Positions 20,117-29,308 of a stretch of DNA of 64,000 nucleotides are shown piece after piece (position 1 is the stretch's first letter; each line of letters begins with the position of its first letter). This stretch comes from Poritiphilus flavus (GTDB lineage Bacteria; Bacteroidota; Bacteroidia; Flavobacteriales; Flavobacteriaceae). The notes beneath the pieces were generated by a model. That model was not told the origin of the DNA. It saw only the letters and a list, made by a program, of their open reading frames with translations, and made no database searches. Both the position numbers and the translations under genes were made by a program. The DNA lies in contig NZ_WXYO01000002.1 of NCBI RefSeq assembly GCF_009901585.1, forward strand, positions 92,769-156,768. The letters run 5' to 3'.

Positions 20117-20839
20117 ATGATACGATGTGCTGTAATAGATGATGAACCCCTGGCTCGGGAATGTTTGGTGAATTACATCCAAAAAATTGATTTTTTGGAT
20201 TTGGTAGGTGAAGGGCCAGACCCTACTGCCTTGTTGAATATTGCAAATAGGCAAACGCTGGACCTTGTATTCCTCGATATACAAATGCCGATCATGACCG
20301 GAATTGAGTATTTAAAGTCAACCAAAGTGAGGCCAATGGTAATCCTGACCACTGCGTATCCCAGCTATGCACTTCAAGGATTTGAATTGGACGTCCTGGA
20401 TTATATGGTCAAGCCCATAACCATGGAACGATTCCTAAAAGGTGCCAACAAGGCGAAGGACTATCTTTTGCTTGCTAAGGGTGACAATAATGCCAATAAG
20501 AGCGGCGCTCCTCCGGAATATTTTTTTGTGAAGTGCGAAAGTGTATATGAAAAGATATTCTTTGATGAAGTGGAATATGTGCAGGCACTGCAAAATTATG
20601 TGGTCATATACACTTCAGGCAGCAAGTACGTAACGCTTATGTCTATGAAGCGCATAGAGTCGCTTTTAGGAGCTTCGCAATTTATTAGGGTCCACAAGTC
20701 CTATCTGGTTGCATTGGACAAAATACAAAGTGTAGAGAATACGCGATTGCATTTAACTTCAGCGACCATTCCCCTAAGTCGAAATTATAAGATTAATGTC
20801 TTTGAACACGTTCTGAACAAATCGTTTTTAAAGAAGTAG
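20117..20839 (+). CDS. LytR/AlgR-family response regulator (REC + LytTR DNA-binding domain)
   Basis: REC 'CAVIDDEPLA…LVFLDIQMP', C-terminal LytTR. Confidence 0.85.
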   Translation: MIRCAVIDDEPLARECLVNYIQKIDFLDLVGEGPDPTALLNIANRQTLDLVFLDIQMPIMTGIEYLKSTKVRPMVILTTAYPSYALQGFELDVLDYMVKPITMERFLKGANKAKDYLLLAKGDNNANKSGAPPEYFFVKCESVYEKIFFDEVEYVQALQNYVVIYTSGSKYVTLMSMKRIESLLGASQFIRVHKSYLVALDKIQSVENTRLHLTSATIPLSRNYKINVFEHVLNKSFLKK

Positions 20840-21020
20840 ATCTCTTACACCTGGGATGAATTCCAGGTGAAACAAATGCTGTATTCATGTATAAATTTTG
20901 TGGTTGATCTGATCTTTACCTGATTGTCCGCTATAAGACCAGTTTCTATTGGCTCATCTAAACCGGTTTACCTTTGGCCAATTCTTGGGCTGAATACCTA
21001 AAGCAGTTTACTAGCACTAA

Positions 21021-21083
21021 AACTGTTGGTTTTTTACAGAGAGGAGGCCTAAATTGATATTGAGGAGGGGATTGGTAATCCCC
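21021..21083. repeat. Dispersed copy of the ~62-bp double-hairpin module
   Basis: actgttggttttttacagagaggaggcctaaattgatattgaggaggggattggtaatcccc. Confidence 0.7.
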
Positions 21084-21512
21084 ATTTTAAAAGCAAAACC
21101 AGAACTTGGCCAATTACTTCACTTTGTTGGCATCCAAGGTATTTTTGTATTTCTGGGACCGTACCGACTCCGTGTGGTTAAACACCTTTTTTCAGGACTA
21201 TTGACAGACCTTAACGATCTGGATAATCTCAGATGGACTTATTATTTGGGCTCCATATCCGGCACTATTATAGGATTCCTTTTGCATAGATTTAAATACT
21301 TCTGGAAGATCCAATCCATGGGCATAAGCGGGTAATTTTGTCAGAAATTATTAGTGTAACAGGTTGATGACTTTGCATGCATGAATCAGGAATGTGTCGC
21401 TTTCAGCATTTGAACTGCCACAATCGCATAGGCGGTATTGCAGGATCTGCCAAAGGAATTGTACAACTGTTTCTGCCTCATGAAAATCACCTTAAATAAA
21501 AGAATATTTGCA

Positions 21513-22475
21513 ATGAAAAATGAAAACACTCCTCAAGATCTACCATGGTGTGAATATCCAAAGGCTTCTGAATTGGAACGACATGGTTTGATGAAGTTGC
21601 CGAACAAACTAAGGACCATCTGCTGGAGCAAAGTGAAAAAGTATCGAACCAATACCTATGCCATAAAAATGTTGGGTTGTCTAAATGATCCCCAAATATT
21701 GGAAATGGCCAGAATGGTAGCTGATTCTTTTGGAAAGAACGAACCTATGAATCGGCATATCAATATGCCAAAACAAATACCGGATGAACTTAAAAACTAT
21801 CTTCACAGAGACCCATTTGGCAGCGCATTTTTTGGAGAGTGGTCCTCGGAAAATTTGATGTATTGGTTCATACGAATGTTTATACTTACCGATCCGGCAG
21901 ATCCGATTGACAAGGTAGAGATTAACAGGGACCTAAAGAAAATGTCGCTTACCATGCTTGGTCCTGATTCCAAAATTTTGGGCGGAGCATATAATATTAC
22001 AGTATGCGAAGAGGAAGACGGTTTCAGGGAGTTTGATCCAATTCTCAGAGCTGTATTTACGGTAGATAAACCTATTTTCGATTTTATATTTTCTCAAGAG
22101 CATCTGGCTATTCAGCTGCTAAAAAGTAAGTATTTTGAATTTAAGAAGGCATTAGAGAATGGAGAGGTAGCATCTCATTTTATGGTTGCAAAGTGTCCGC
22201 AATTACCTAAAAAGCATGCCTTCGAGTTAGTGGCTGCTTCTGCAGAAGTATTAAAAGTTCAGGGATTCAAATATATAATGGTTTGCGCTACAAATCAATG
22301 GACCGGTGCGGCTTGCGAGGCACTAAACGGAACAAGAGTACATTTTGCTCCTTTTAGGACAGAAAGACTAATTGCAGATGCTTTTAGCGCTTCTGAATCA
22401 GAGCCCTATAGCAGTGATGGCTTTATATCAGATAAAGATAGCGGAGCAATGCTTTATGTATTGAACCTTAACTAA
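21513..22475 (+). CDS. Hypothetical cytoplasmic protein. Start taken at 'MKNENT'
   Basis: Long ORF with no confident domain. C-terminal half is weakly GNAT-like. Confidence 0.45.
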   Translation: MKNENTPQDLPWCEYPKASELERHGLMKLPNKLRTICWSKVKKYRTNTYAIKMLGCLNDPQILEMARMVADSFGKNEPMNRHINMPKQIPDELKNYLHRDPFGSAFFGEWSSENLMYWFIRMFILTDPADPIDKVEINRDLKKMSLTMLGPDSKILGGAYNITVCEEEDGFREFDPILRAVFTVDKPIFDFIFSQEHLAIQLLKSKYFEFKKALENGEVASHFMVAKCPQLPKKHAFELVAASAEVLKVQGFKYIMVCATNQWTGAACEALNGTRVHFAPFRTERLIADAFSASESEPYSSDGFISDKDSGAMLYVLNLN

Positions 22476-22593
22476 TTCTGTCTACTTAAAACTTTAGGAT
22501 ATCAATAACAAGTAAGAATCTATCATTTGATAATTTTGCAAGCGTTGTACTTATTATACTTCAGAAAACTGCAGCATTAATTTCCTTTGAAAA

Positions 22594-23541
22594 ATGGACC
22601 AGTCAACGATGTTGAATTCTAGCAAATACGAGAGATTTATCCTATTATTCGCGATTTACATTTTAAGCCATGCTTGTAGCAAGGATAACACGCCCGCGCA
22701 GATAAGTGACCCCGACCCAATTGATCCCGACTTGGAATTGGTACAGCTACCTATAGTGGTTCATGTAATTCACAATGGAGAGGAAATTGGGGCCGGGCCT
22801 AATCTTTCAACCGAACGCATCCTAAGGCAAATAGCAATTATAAATGAGGACTTTCGTCGTAAAGAAGGTACCAAAGGGTACAATGAGCATCCGGATGGTG
22901 CGGACTCAAGGGTGGAATTTGTGCTTGCCAAAAAAAATCCGGATTCGGAGTCTTTTAATGGAATTAATAGGATAGATGCTTCTACAATAGATGTAGAAGA
23001 TCTGGGTTATAGTCCCAATCATTATTCGCAATACGCGTATTGGGATCCCAACCAATATATAAACGTTTGGACTACCCCTTTACCGGCCGAAACATCCTGT
23101 GTGGTCCTTGGATTGGCTACCGGGCCACTTACCGATCTTCCGGGGACTGAATTACTTGCCATTCCGCAGGAAGGAGATGCAGAAGGCATTTTAATCAACT
23201 GGTCACATTTTGGTGAATCAGTAATAAATTGTCATGCGCGATACGGGCGAACCCTAACCCATGAGATGGGCCACTATTTGGGACTCTTACATCCCTGGGG
23301 TGGAAACGACTGTGAATCCAATGACTTCTGTGATGATACCCCTCCAGTGGACAAAGCGGTTTTTGGACGAACTGCCTTTGAGGGCTGTTCGGGAGAATCT
23401 ATTATGATAGCTAACTATATGAACTATAGCGATGATGAGGTAATGAATATTTTTACGAAGGATCAGGTTGATAGAATTCGTTACGTCCTCAAAAACCACC
23501 CCGGCAGGAACAATTTGATAACTAGTCCGGCGCTGCAGTAA
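22594..23541 (+). CDS. Zinc metalloprotease, metzincin M43 (cytophagalysin/pappalysin-like) lipoprotein
   Basis: 'HEMGHYLGLLHPWGG' = HExxHxxGxxH. Lipobox 'SHACS'. Confidence 0.75.
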   Translation: MDQSTMLNSSKYERFILLFAIYILSHACSKDNTPAQISDPDPIDPDLELVQLPIVVHVIHNGEEIGAGPNLSTERILRQIAIINEDFRRKEGTKGYNEHPDGADSRVEFVLAKKNPDSESFNGINRIDASTIDVEDLGYSPNHYSQYAYWDPNQYINVWTTPLPAETSCVVLGLATGPLTDLPGTELLAIPQEGDAEGILINWSHFGESVINCHARYGRTLTHEMGHYLGLLHPWGGNDCESNDFCDDTPPVDKAVFGRTAFEGCSGESIMIANYMNYSDDEVMNIFTKDQVDRIRYVLKNHPGRNNLITSPALQ

Positions 23542-23542
23542 A

Positions 23543-24019
23543 ATGAAACCTGAGAACTTAATTATTCTGACTTGCCCGGATTGGGAAAGCGTACCAATTT
23601 CACTTTTGTTGTTAGCAGATCCTGATGAGAAAAGGCTTGAAGCCTATATAAAAACGGGAAGTTGTTATATTGCCAAAATAGAGGACACCATAATTGGAGT
23701 ATTGGTGTTAAAAGAAATCAATCCAACTACTCTGGAAATTAAGAACATTGCCATAGATGAACCTTTTCAGGGCTACGGCTTTGGTAGTCATCTACTGAAT
23801 TTTGCATCGGAAGTTGCCAGAGATCAGGGGTATAAGTCGCTGATAATCGCAACGGGGAATTCCAGCATAGGACAGCTAAAACTATATCAGCGAATCGGTT
23901 TTGAAATATTTGATATCGAGATGAACTACTTTACTCTCGAATACCAAGCGCCGATTTATGAAAACGGAATTCAGTGCAAGCACAAGATTTTTCTACGGAA
24001 AGATTTGAACAACAACTAA
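23543..24019 (+). CDS. GNAT-family N-acetyltransferase
   Basis: 'IAIDEPFQGYGFGSHLL' acetyl-CoA-binding motif. Confidence 0.75.
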   Translation: MKPENLIILTCPDWESVPISLLLLADPDEKRLEAYIKTGSCYIAKIEDTIIGVLVLKEINPTTLEIKNIAIDEPFQGYGFGSHLLNFASEVARDQGYKSLIIATGNSSIGQLKLYQRIGFEIFDIEMNYFTLEYQAPIYENGIQCKHKIFLRKDLNNN

Positions 24020-24048
24020 AGTAAGCTCCTATACGATCTGCCCCCTTA

Positions 24049-25254
24049 TCATTTTTTTGACTGCAGTCTTTTTCTGAATTCCGTCGGGTTCATATTGAAT
24101 TTACGTTTGAAAGCAATTGAAAAATTATTAGAATGCTTGTAGCCTACTTTTTCGGCAATAGAGGCGATAGACTCCTCAGGGTCTGTTAATAGGCGGGAGG
24201 CATTGGAAAGTCTTATATCAGTCAGAAAATGAATAACCGGCGTCTCAAAAAGCTCTGAGAAAGCGGTTTTGATCTTGTACTGGTTTATTCCAAAAGACCT
24301 TGCTAAAGAGCTGATAGTTATCTCTTCAGGATAATTGGTTTCAAGGAAATCACGAATCTGGTATATCTTAAAGAGATCTTCTACGCGTAATTCCTCTAAC
24401 TTTGAATTTACTGTGGCTCTTTCACCGGTTACAAACGTTTGTATGGCCAGTAACTCTTTTTTATACTCGCCAAACCAAACAAGGTGATCATTCCCGCTGC
24501 TTAGTATTAATTGAGAGTTCGGAATTTTATCATGTATATATTGGCTATGTTGAGATTCTATTAATCTATCCCCTTCTCTATGGATAATTAAAGTAGGAGC
24601 TTGAACCTTTCTTAATATAGAAGTCACATCTATTTCAATGTTCATCTCATACAACTTTCTGGCAGTGGTTGGGCTTGCACTGCGGCGCAGAAATTGAGAC
24701 CATTGTTTTTGAACACCTTTCTTGTGTTGTACACTTGGAGCGAAGTATTTAAGCCCTACAGGTTCTCCCCAATGCTCAAATATATAATCTATAGATTTTA
24801 AATGTTGCCTCTTTGTTAAGCCGTATGGATAGCTATCGGACTTTAACCACTTTGCAAAGCTACCAATTAAGATGAGTTTGGAGACCATACCAGGGTGTTG
24901 CACAGCAAAGCGTAACGCCAGGGCACCTCCTTCGGAAAGGCCTATAAAATTTGCCTTTTTGACACCTATCTGCGACAAAATAATTTCAAGATCGTTTGCA
25001 CGTTCTTGAATGCCAGGGGGTTCATTCTCATTAATGTTATCAGACAGGCCCGTTCCTCTTTTATCAAAAATGACCAGTTTAGAAAAGGATGCAATATACC
25101 TTAACCATGCTGCTGCCTCAGGAATATCCCAAACCGCTTCAATGTTAGAAATCCATCCGGGGATCAATATCAAAAAATCACCTTTGTCGCCAATAATTTG
25201 ATATGCGAGATTACCCTCTTTTGATCGGGCATATAAAGTGTTGGGAATATTCAT
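24049..25254 (-). CDS. Alpha/beta-hydrolase fused to a C-terminal AraC-type HTH. Start taken at 'MNIPNT'
   Basis: 'GLSEGG' nucleophile elbow with HGW box upstream. AraC HTH 'SSLARSFGINQYKIKTAFSELF…FRKR' at the C-terminus. Confidence 0.7.
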   Translation of the reverse strand: MNIPNTLYARSKEGNLAYQIIGDKGDFLILIPGWISNIEAVWDIPEAAAWLRYIASFSKLVIFDKRGTGLSDNINENEPPGIQERANDLEIILSQIGVKKANFIGLSEGGALALRFAVQHPGMVSKLILIGSFAKWLKSDSYPYGLTKRQHLKSIDYIFEHWGEPVGLKYFAPSVQHKKGVQKQWSQFLRRSASPTTARKLYEMNIEIDVTSILRKVQAPTLIIHREGDRLIESQHSQYIHDKIPNSQLILSSGNDHLVWFGEYKKELLAIQTFVTGERATVNSKLEELRVEDLFKIYQIRDFLETNYPEEITISSLARSFGINQYKIKTAFSELFETPVIHFLTDIRLSNASRLLTDPEESIASIAEKVGYKHSNNFSIAFKRKFNMNPTEFRKRLQSKK

Positions 25255-25355
25255 TAATGGCAAGTTAAAGAAAGACAACCTTCTTTGCGCATAGATTAAA
25301 ATACTTTTAAGATATCCTGTCTCCATGCTTATGCCGGTACATTTGGGCAAAAAAC

Positions 25356-25988
25356 ATGTGCTCAAATAACAATTTCTCATTGAGACTTATCAATTCAAGA
25401 ATATTCCGTGCATTAAACGGATATATGCATTATAAATACAAGAATAGAAAAACAGCGCTTTTTTCGGATCTGCCGGAACGCTTACTTGAAATTGGCCCTG
25501 GTGCAGGGGCTAACATGCGCTACTATAAACCGGGCACTGAGGTAATAGCTGTTGAACCGAACCCACATATGCATAGATCATTAATTGATCAATCTGAAAG
25601 ATACGGACTGCAACTTCGAATCGTCAAGGGTTCTGCTGAGGTTCTAAACCTTATGGACAATAGCATTGACGCTGTTGTCAGCACCTTAACACTGTGCACT
25701 ATACCAGACGAAAGGCAGGCGCTTTCCGAGATTAAACGTGTATTGAAACCTGGAGGTAAGTTCTACTTTTTAGAGCACGTTGCAGCCAATAAAGGATCCC
25801 TGTTAAGAAGAATTCAAATAGTGATCCACCGTCCCTGGAAGTGGTTTTTTGATGGCTGCCATACACATAAGAACTTAAGGAGACGGATTTGCGAGACTGG
25901 CTTTTCAAATGTTCAAATAGAAAATTTTAAGCTTTATTCTCCCTTTATTCCAATCACTCCACAGATTTCTGGTATTGCACGCAAATAG
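25356..25988 (+). CDS. Class I SAM-dependent methyltransferase
   Basis: Motif I 'LEIGPGAGAN', post-I 'VIAVEPN', 'LKPGGKFYFLEH'. Confidence 0.7.
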   Translation: MCSNNNFSLRLINSRIFRALNGYMHYKYKNRKTALFSDLPERLLEIGPGAGANMRYYKPGTEVIAVEPNPHMHRSLIDQSERYGLQLRIVKGSAEVLNLMDNSIDAVVSTLTLCTIPDERQALSEIKRVLKPGGKFYFLEHVAANKGSLLRRIQIVIHRPWKWFFDGCHTHKNLRRRICETGFSNVQIENFKLYSPFIPITPQISGIARK

Positions 25989-26036
25989 ATCTGAGGAAAC
26001 AAACTGGTATGATATCGCAATTCAAAAATTCACATA

Positions 26037-26636
26037 ATGTATTATATAAAAACTATAATCTTCCTGATGCTAAGCTTATTTTGGTATAGTTCTTTCGCTC
26101 AAAGAAACAATTGCTCCATAATAGATCAAGAAGAATGTTTCATCTACCCGGACCAGTTCAAGCCCGGCTTCGGGGAAGCTCCCGAGAGCCTAATTAAAGC
26201 AGACCGTAAATGGTCAGTATTGTCCAACCGTATTTCATTTATCAGTCAAAATGGAGTCAAACTCAATTATTTAGAAATTGAAGATAAAATGATTGCACCG
26301 GAAATCTTGTTATTATATAAGAATCATGGAGGTGGTCTGTCATTTAAGCAAGTTGTAAGTGAAATGCAGAGACTGAACAAAGAAACCAAAATAATAGCTG
26401 TAAATCTTGATGAAACCAATTCAAAGGAATCTCAGATTGAAGCTAAAACCCAAGTAAGTACAGCATCAACAATCGAGTTGGTCAAGGCAATTGTTGAGTT
26501 AATCTTACATAAAAACATTGTGAACTGCCTTATAGTGCCCTATGCTGATGCCAAAGTGGTTGCTGCTGAAATTGAGCGTCGGCGCAAGACAGGTGGGAAA
26601 GAATGGTTTATGAATACCGATTCTTACCTTCACTAG
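26037..26636 (+). CDS. Hypothetical secreted protein
   Basis: Signal peptide. No domain recognised. Confidence 0.4.
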   Translation: MYYIKTIIFLMLSLFWYSSFAQRNNCSIIDQEECFIYPDQFKPGFGEAPESLIKADRKWSVLSNRISFISQNGVKLNYLEIEDKMIAPEILLLYKNHGGGLSFKQVVSEMQRLNKETKIIAVNLDETNSKESQIEAKTQVSTASTIELVKAIVELILHKNIVNCLIVPYADAKVVAAEIERRRKTGGKEWFMNTDSYLH

Positions 26637-26700
26637 GCCAACTTAAGCTATGTGATCTAAAAGTTAATCGAAACCAAGATTTAAATGCATAAAACCAAAA

Positions 26701-26724
26701 CCCTGTATGAGAATACAGGGTTTA
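26701..26724 (+). terminator. Possible terminator hairpin
   Basis: ccctgtatgagaatacaggg then ttta. Weak T-tract. Confidence 0.35.
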
Positions 26725-26726
26725 CG

Positions 26727-27127
26727 CTTTAAGTGACCTCCACAGGCTTGCCTGCCATAGCCTTAGCGACGACAGGATTGTTACCTTACCCTTCAAACCC
26801 AATTGCTATTGCAATGGGAAAGCTGTAAACTGCTGATTTTTTGCAGTGAGAAGCTTTAAATTATGTTTAGGGAGGGGAGTAGAACTCCCCGATTTTCTGC
26901 TTTAAGTGACCTCCACAGGCTTGCCTGCCATAGCCTTGGCGACGGCAGGATTGTTACCTTACCCTTCAAACCCAATTGCTATTGCAATGGGAAAGCTGTA
27001 AACTGCTGGTTTTTTGCAGTGAGAAGCTTTAAATTATGTTTAGGGAGGGGAGTAGAACTCCCCAATTTTTCTGCTTGATGTGACCTCCACAGGCTTGCCT
27101 GCCATAGCCTTGGCGACGGCAGGATTA
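26727..27127. repeat. Tandem array of ~2.3 copies of a 175-bp hairpin-rich unit, each beginning with a copy of the tRNA-Arg 3' end
   Basis: Copies start at 26733, 26906 and 27080 (gtgacctccacagg). Units are >95% identical. Confidence 0.9.
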
Positions 27128-27547
27128 CTCGCCGAACCTACCTTGAGTGGTGGTCGAAAGGCTCGTGATCCTTTGAACCCACTCTTGTAAATGCAATCAG
27201 CGGCCATATTTACAAAACCTTGGTTTGAGAATATCATTACTGGGACATTAGGGTATTAGGGATTGCAAACGACCGAACTAGCTGATCTGCGTCTTTAATG
27301 CGGCACAGTGTGAGTGGGTCCTTTCCCTGCTGGTATATCTTGGTCGATCTTGGTTGGATGCCCATTTTCTCTACACCTGTGAAGGCAAACAAGAACAGTC
27401 CAATCATCTGCATCTACGAAAATGTCAAATCTATCCCGACCTTATTTACTTTTGCATTCCAGCGGCTTGATACCATTTTGAATTGGCCTCGACGTCTTCC
27501 ACAGCAATGATTGGATAGGTTTTGGTCATACTAAATTGTTTTATGAT

Positions 27548-27988
27548 TTAGTCGGTAATCAGCTGTTCTATTTTAATAAAGCCAGCTCTTGCCGCATCTG
27601 CGTGTACTTGCATTGCTTTTTCGTCGTAAAGATTTTCGTGCGTGTATGTTAGTTCAGTTTTTCCATTGACTTCCTTAAACTCGACCGTTAGGATTGTCTC
27701 GTTCGCCCAGTTTTCGATCTTCTCATTCTTGGCCCATTGGAACGTCCCAACGAGTTTATATGGTGGATCAACCTCGGTATACATTCCTGAGAGTGGATAC
27801 TTGATTCCATCATCACCGAGCATCGTGAGTCGATAGGTGCCACCTTTAGAAACATTCAATTCATGAATTTCTGCACCGTCTTTGCTGGATCCAAACCATT
27901 TTGCCATTTTTGCTGGATCGGTCCAGGTTGCATAAACCTTTTCTGGTGATGCATTAAATGTGTGTTTTAAAATAAGTGTTGTATTCAT
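27548..27988 (-). CDS. SRPBCC-superfamily protein (Aha1/activator-of-Hsp90-ATPase-like domain)
   Basis: 'EKVYATWTDPAKMAKWFG…' AHSA1 pattern. 146 aa. Confidence 0.65.
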   Translation of the reverse strand: MNTTLILKHTFNASPEKVYATWTDPAKMAKWFGSSKDGAEIHELNVSKGGTYRLTMLGDDGIKYPLSGMYTEVDPPYKLVGTFQWAKNEKIENWANETILTVEFKEVNGKTELTYTHENLYDEKAMQVHADAARAGFIKIEQLITD

Positions 27989-28794
27989 ATTCCATGTATT
28001 AGTTTTGAAACATCAGGTTCAAGTGTCGGCACCTAGAAACTACACTCACATCCCTTTTAGCTTTAGTAAAACAGACCGGATTCAAAACATTTAAGAAATA
28101 AATATTTGCCTTAATATTGCTTTCTCCAGCTCATTCGAAGAGAAAAACAGAGGTGTGGTCTTGCCAAAGATCTAGTGCATAATGTGTATCTGACATATAT
28201 TCCGGATACTCATTGGATGGCTCATATAACCAAGTTATGAGATCAATTCCATCATAATAGAATCAAATAATTCACTCATTGCCTGGCCGAAGGAACTCTT
28301 AATATCGAGATGAAAATTTCGTCAAATGAAACTTAACCTCCGTATTGATTTTTCTGCCGGTCCCTGCCGTCCGCTTTGAGCCGAAAACAGACTATAAATC
28401 TTAATTTAAAAAAACAATGACATTAGTCACGTAAACGGCCATTTTACAAGACATGAATTCAAAAACAAACTTTCTTTTGTATAGGTTTCCTAGCTCTGGT
28501 CTTTTTTAGTGATTTTGTTAATTAACCTTTTATCGCAGACTCTACTTGCATTTGTAATTCGGTTAACGCTGTTGACTAATAAAAAGTGACCCTGCCTATG
28601 CCGGCAGGCTCTACAGATTTCCTTACTTTGTTCGGTTTTCCTTCGAACTCCTTCCTAAAAATAAAATCCCTGCTTGGAATTTGGAGTTTGTGATTTGAAT
28701 TTCAAGGATTATATGCGGTGATCCTAAATAAGTTCCGTAGTCTAAATGCAAAGCTGCAAATCGCGGATTTACCTGCTTTCAGGGAGCTTTTCAT

Positions 28795-28996
28795 TCTTAA
28801 GTGACCTCCACAGGCTTGCCTGCCATAGCCTTGGCGACGGCAGGATTGTTACTTTACCCTTCAAACCCAATTGCTATTGCAATGGGAAAGCTGTAAACTG
28901 CTGGTTTTTTGGAGTGAGAAGCTTTAAATTATATTTAGGGAGGGGAGTAAAACTCCCCGATTTTCTGCTTGATGTGACCTCCACAGAATTATTCCA
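28795..28996. repeat. Fourth copy of the 175-bp unit, flanked by tRNA 3'-end core copies at 28801 and 28984
   Basis: ~93% identical to the units at 26727-27075. Confidence 0.9.
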
Positions 28997-29143
28997 TGAT
29001 CCTGAATAAAATCGCTGCTGCAAATAGAAAGTCCAATTACTTGCGTAATTATTTTTCATTTTACTCCGAACCTCTGAAGCATAGCTCCAGGTTCTTCGTA
29101 AAACAAAAAATCCACCACGGTGGTGATGGACTTTCTGCTTGAT

Positions 29144-29160
29144 GTGACCTCCACAGGATT
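29144..29160. repeat. Sixth direct copy of the tRNA-Arg 3' end (gtgacctccacaggatt), 164 bp from the gene itself
   Basis: Exact 17-bp match to tRNA positions 29308-29324. Confidence 0.85.
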
Positions 29161-29242
29161 ACCTCTCTTCGTTTGGTTTTCCTTTGTGTTCCATGTTGAG
29201 AATCAAAAAATCAATGCTTCGCATTGCAAAATCCTCTCTTAC

Positions 29243-29277
29243 AAAACAAAAAAGCGAGCTTTATGTTTTGCTCGCTT
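29243..29277 (-). terminator. Rho-independent terminator downstream of tRNA-Arg
   Basis: Minus strand: agcgagc-aaaacataa-agctcgct followed by TTTTTTGTTTT. Confidence 0.7.
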
Positions 29278-29308
29278 CGGTTTGTTGAATCATTTTTTGA
29301 TTCATCTG

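Noticed and set aside
21054-21335. 93-aa ORF
   Set aside because: Its start codon and first ~12 codons lie inside the dispersed hairpin module (21021–21083). There is no domain, so it is likely spurious.
26863-27078. 71-aa ORF and its near-twin 28746..29009 (87 aa) with almost identical sequences
   Set aside because: They are translations of the 175-bp tandem repeat in one frame. Identical 'proteins' arise because the DNA repeat is identical. No RBS or start context is visible, and 27040..27237(-) and 28874..29059(-) are equivalent artefacts.
27080-27547. Possible tmRNA: tRNA-like 3' end 'cctgtggaggtcaca' plus 'gcaaacgac…' resembling the E. coli tag-resume region
   Set aside because: There is no T-arm (GGCAGGCAAGCCTG is not a 5-bp stem with a 7-nt loop), no 5' acceptor partner, and the putative tag reads A-N-D-R-T-S-stop rather than …ALAA. 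The 3' end is just another copy of the tRNA-Arg core.
26725-29160. CRISPR-like appearance: a 25-bp direct repeat recurring six times
   Set aside because: The 'spacers' are ~150 bp, three of them are identical to each other, the repeat equals a tRNA 3' end, and there are no cas genes.
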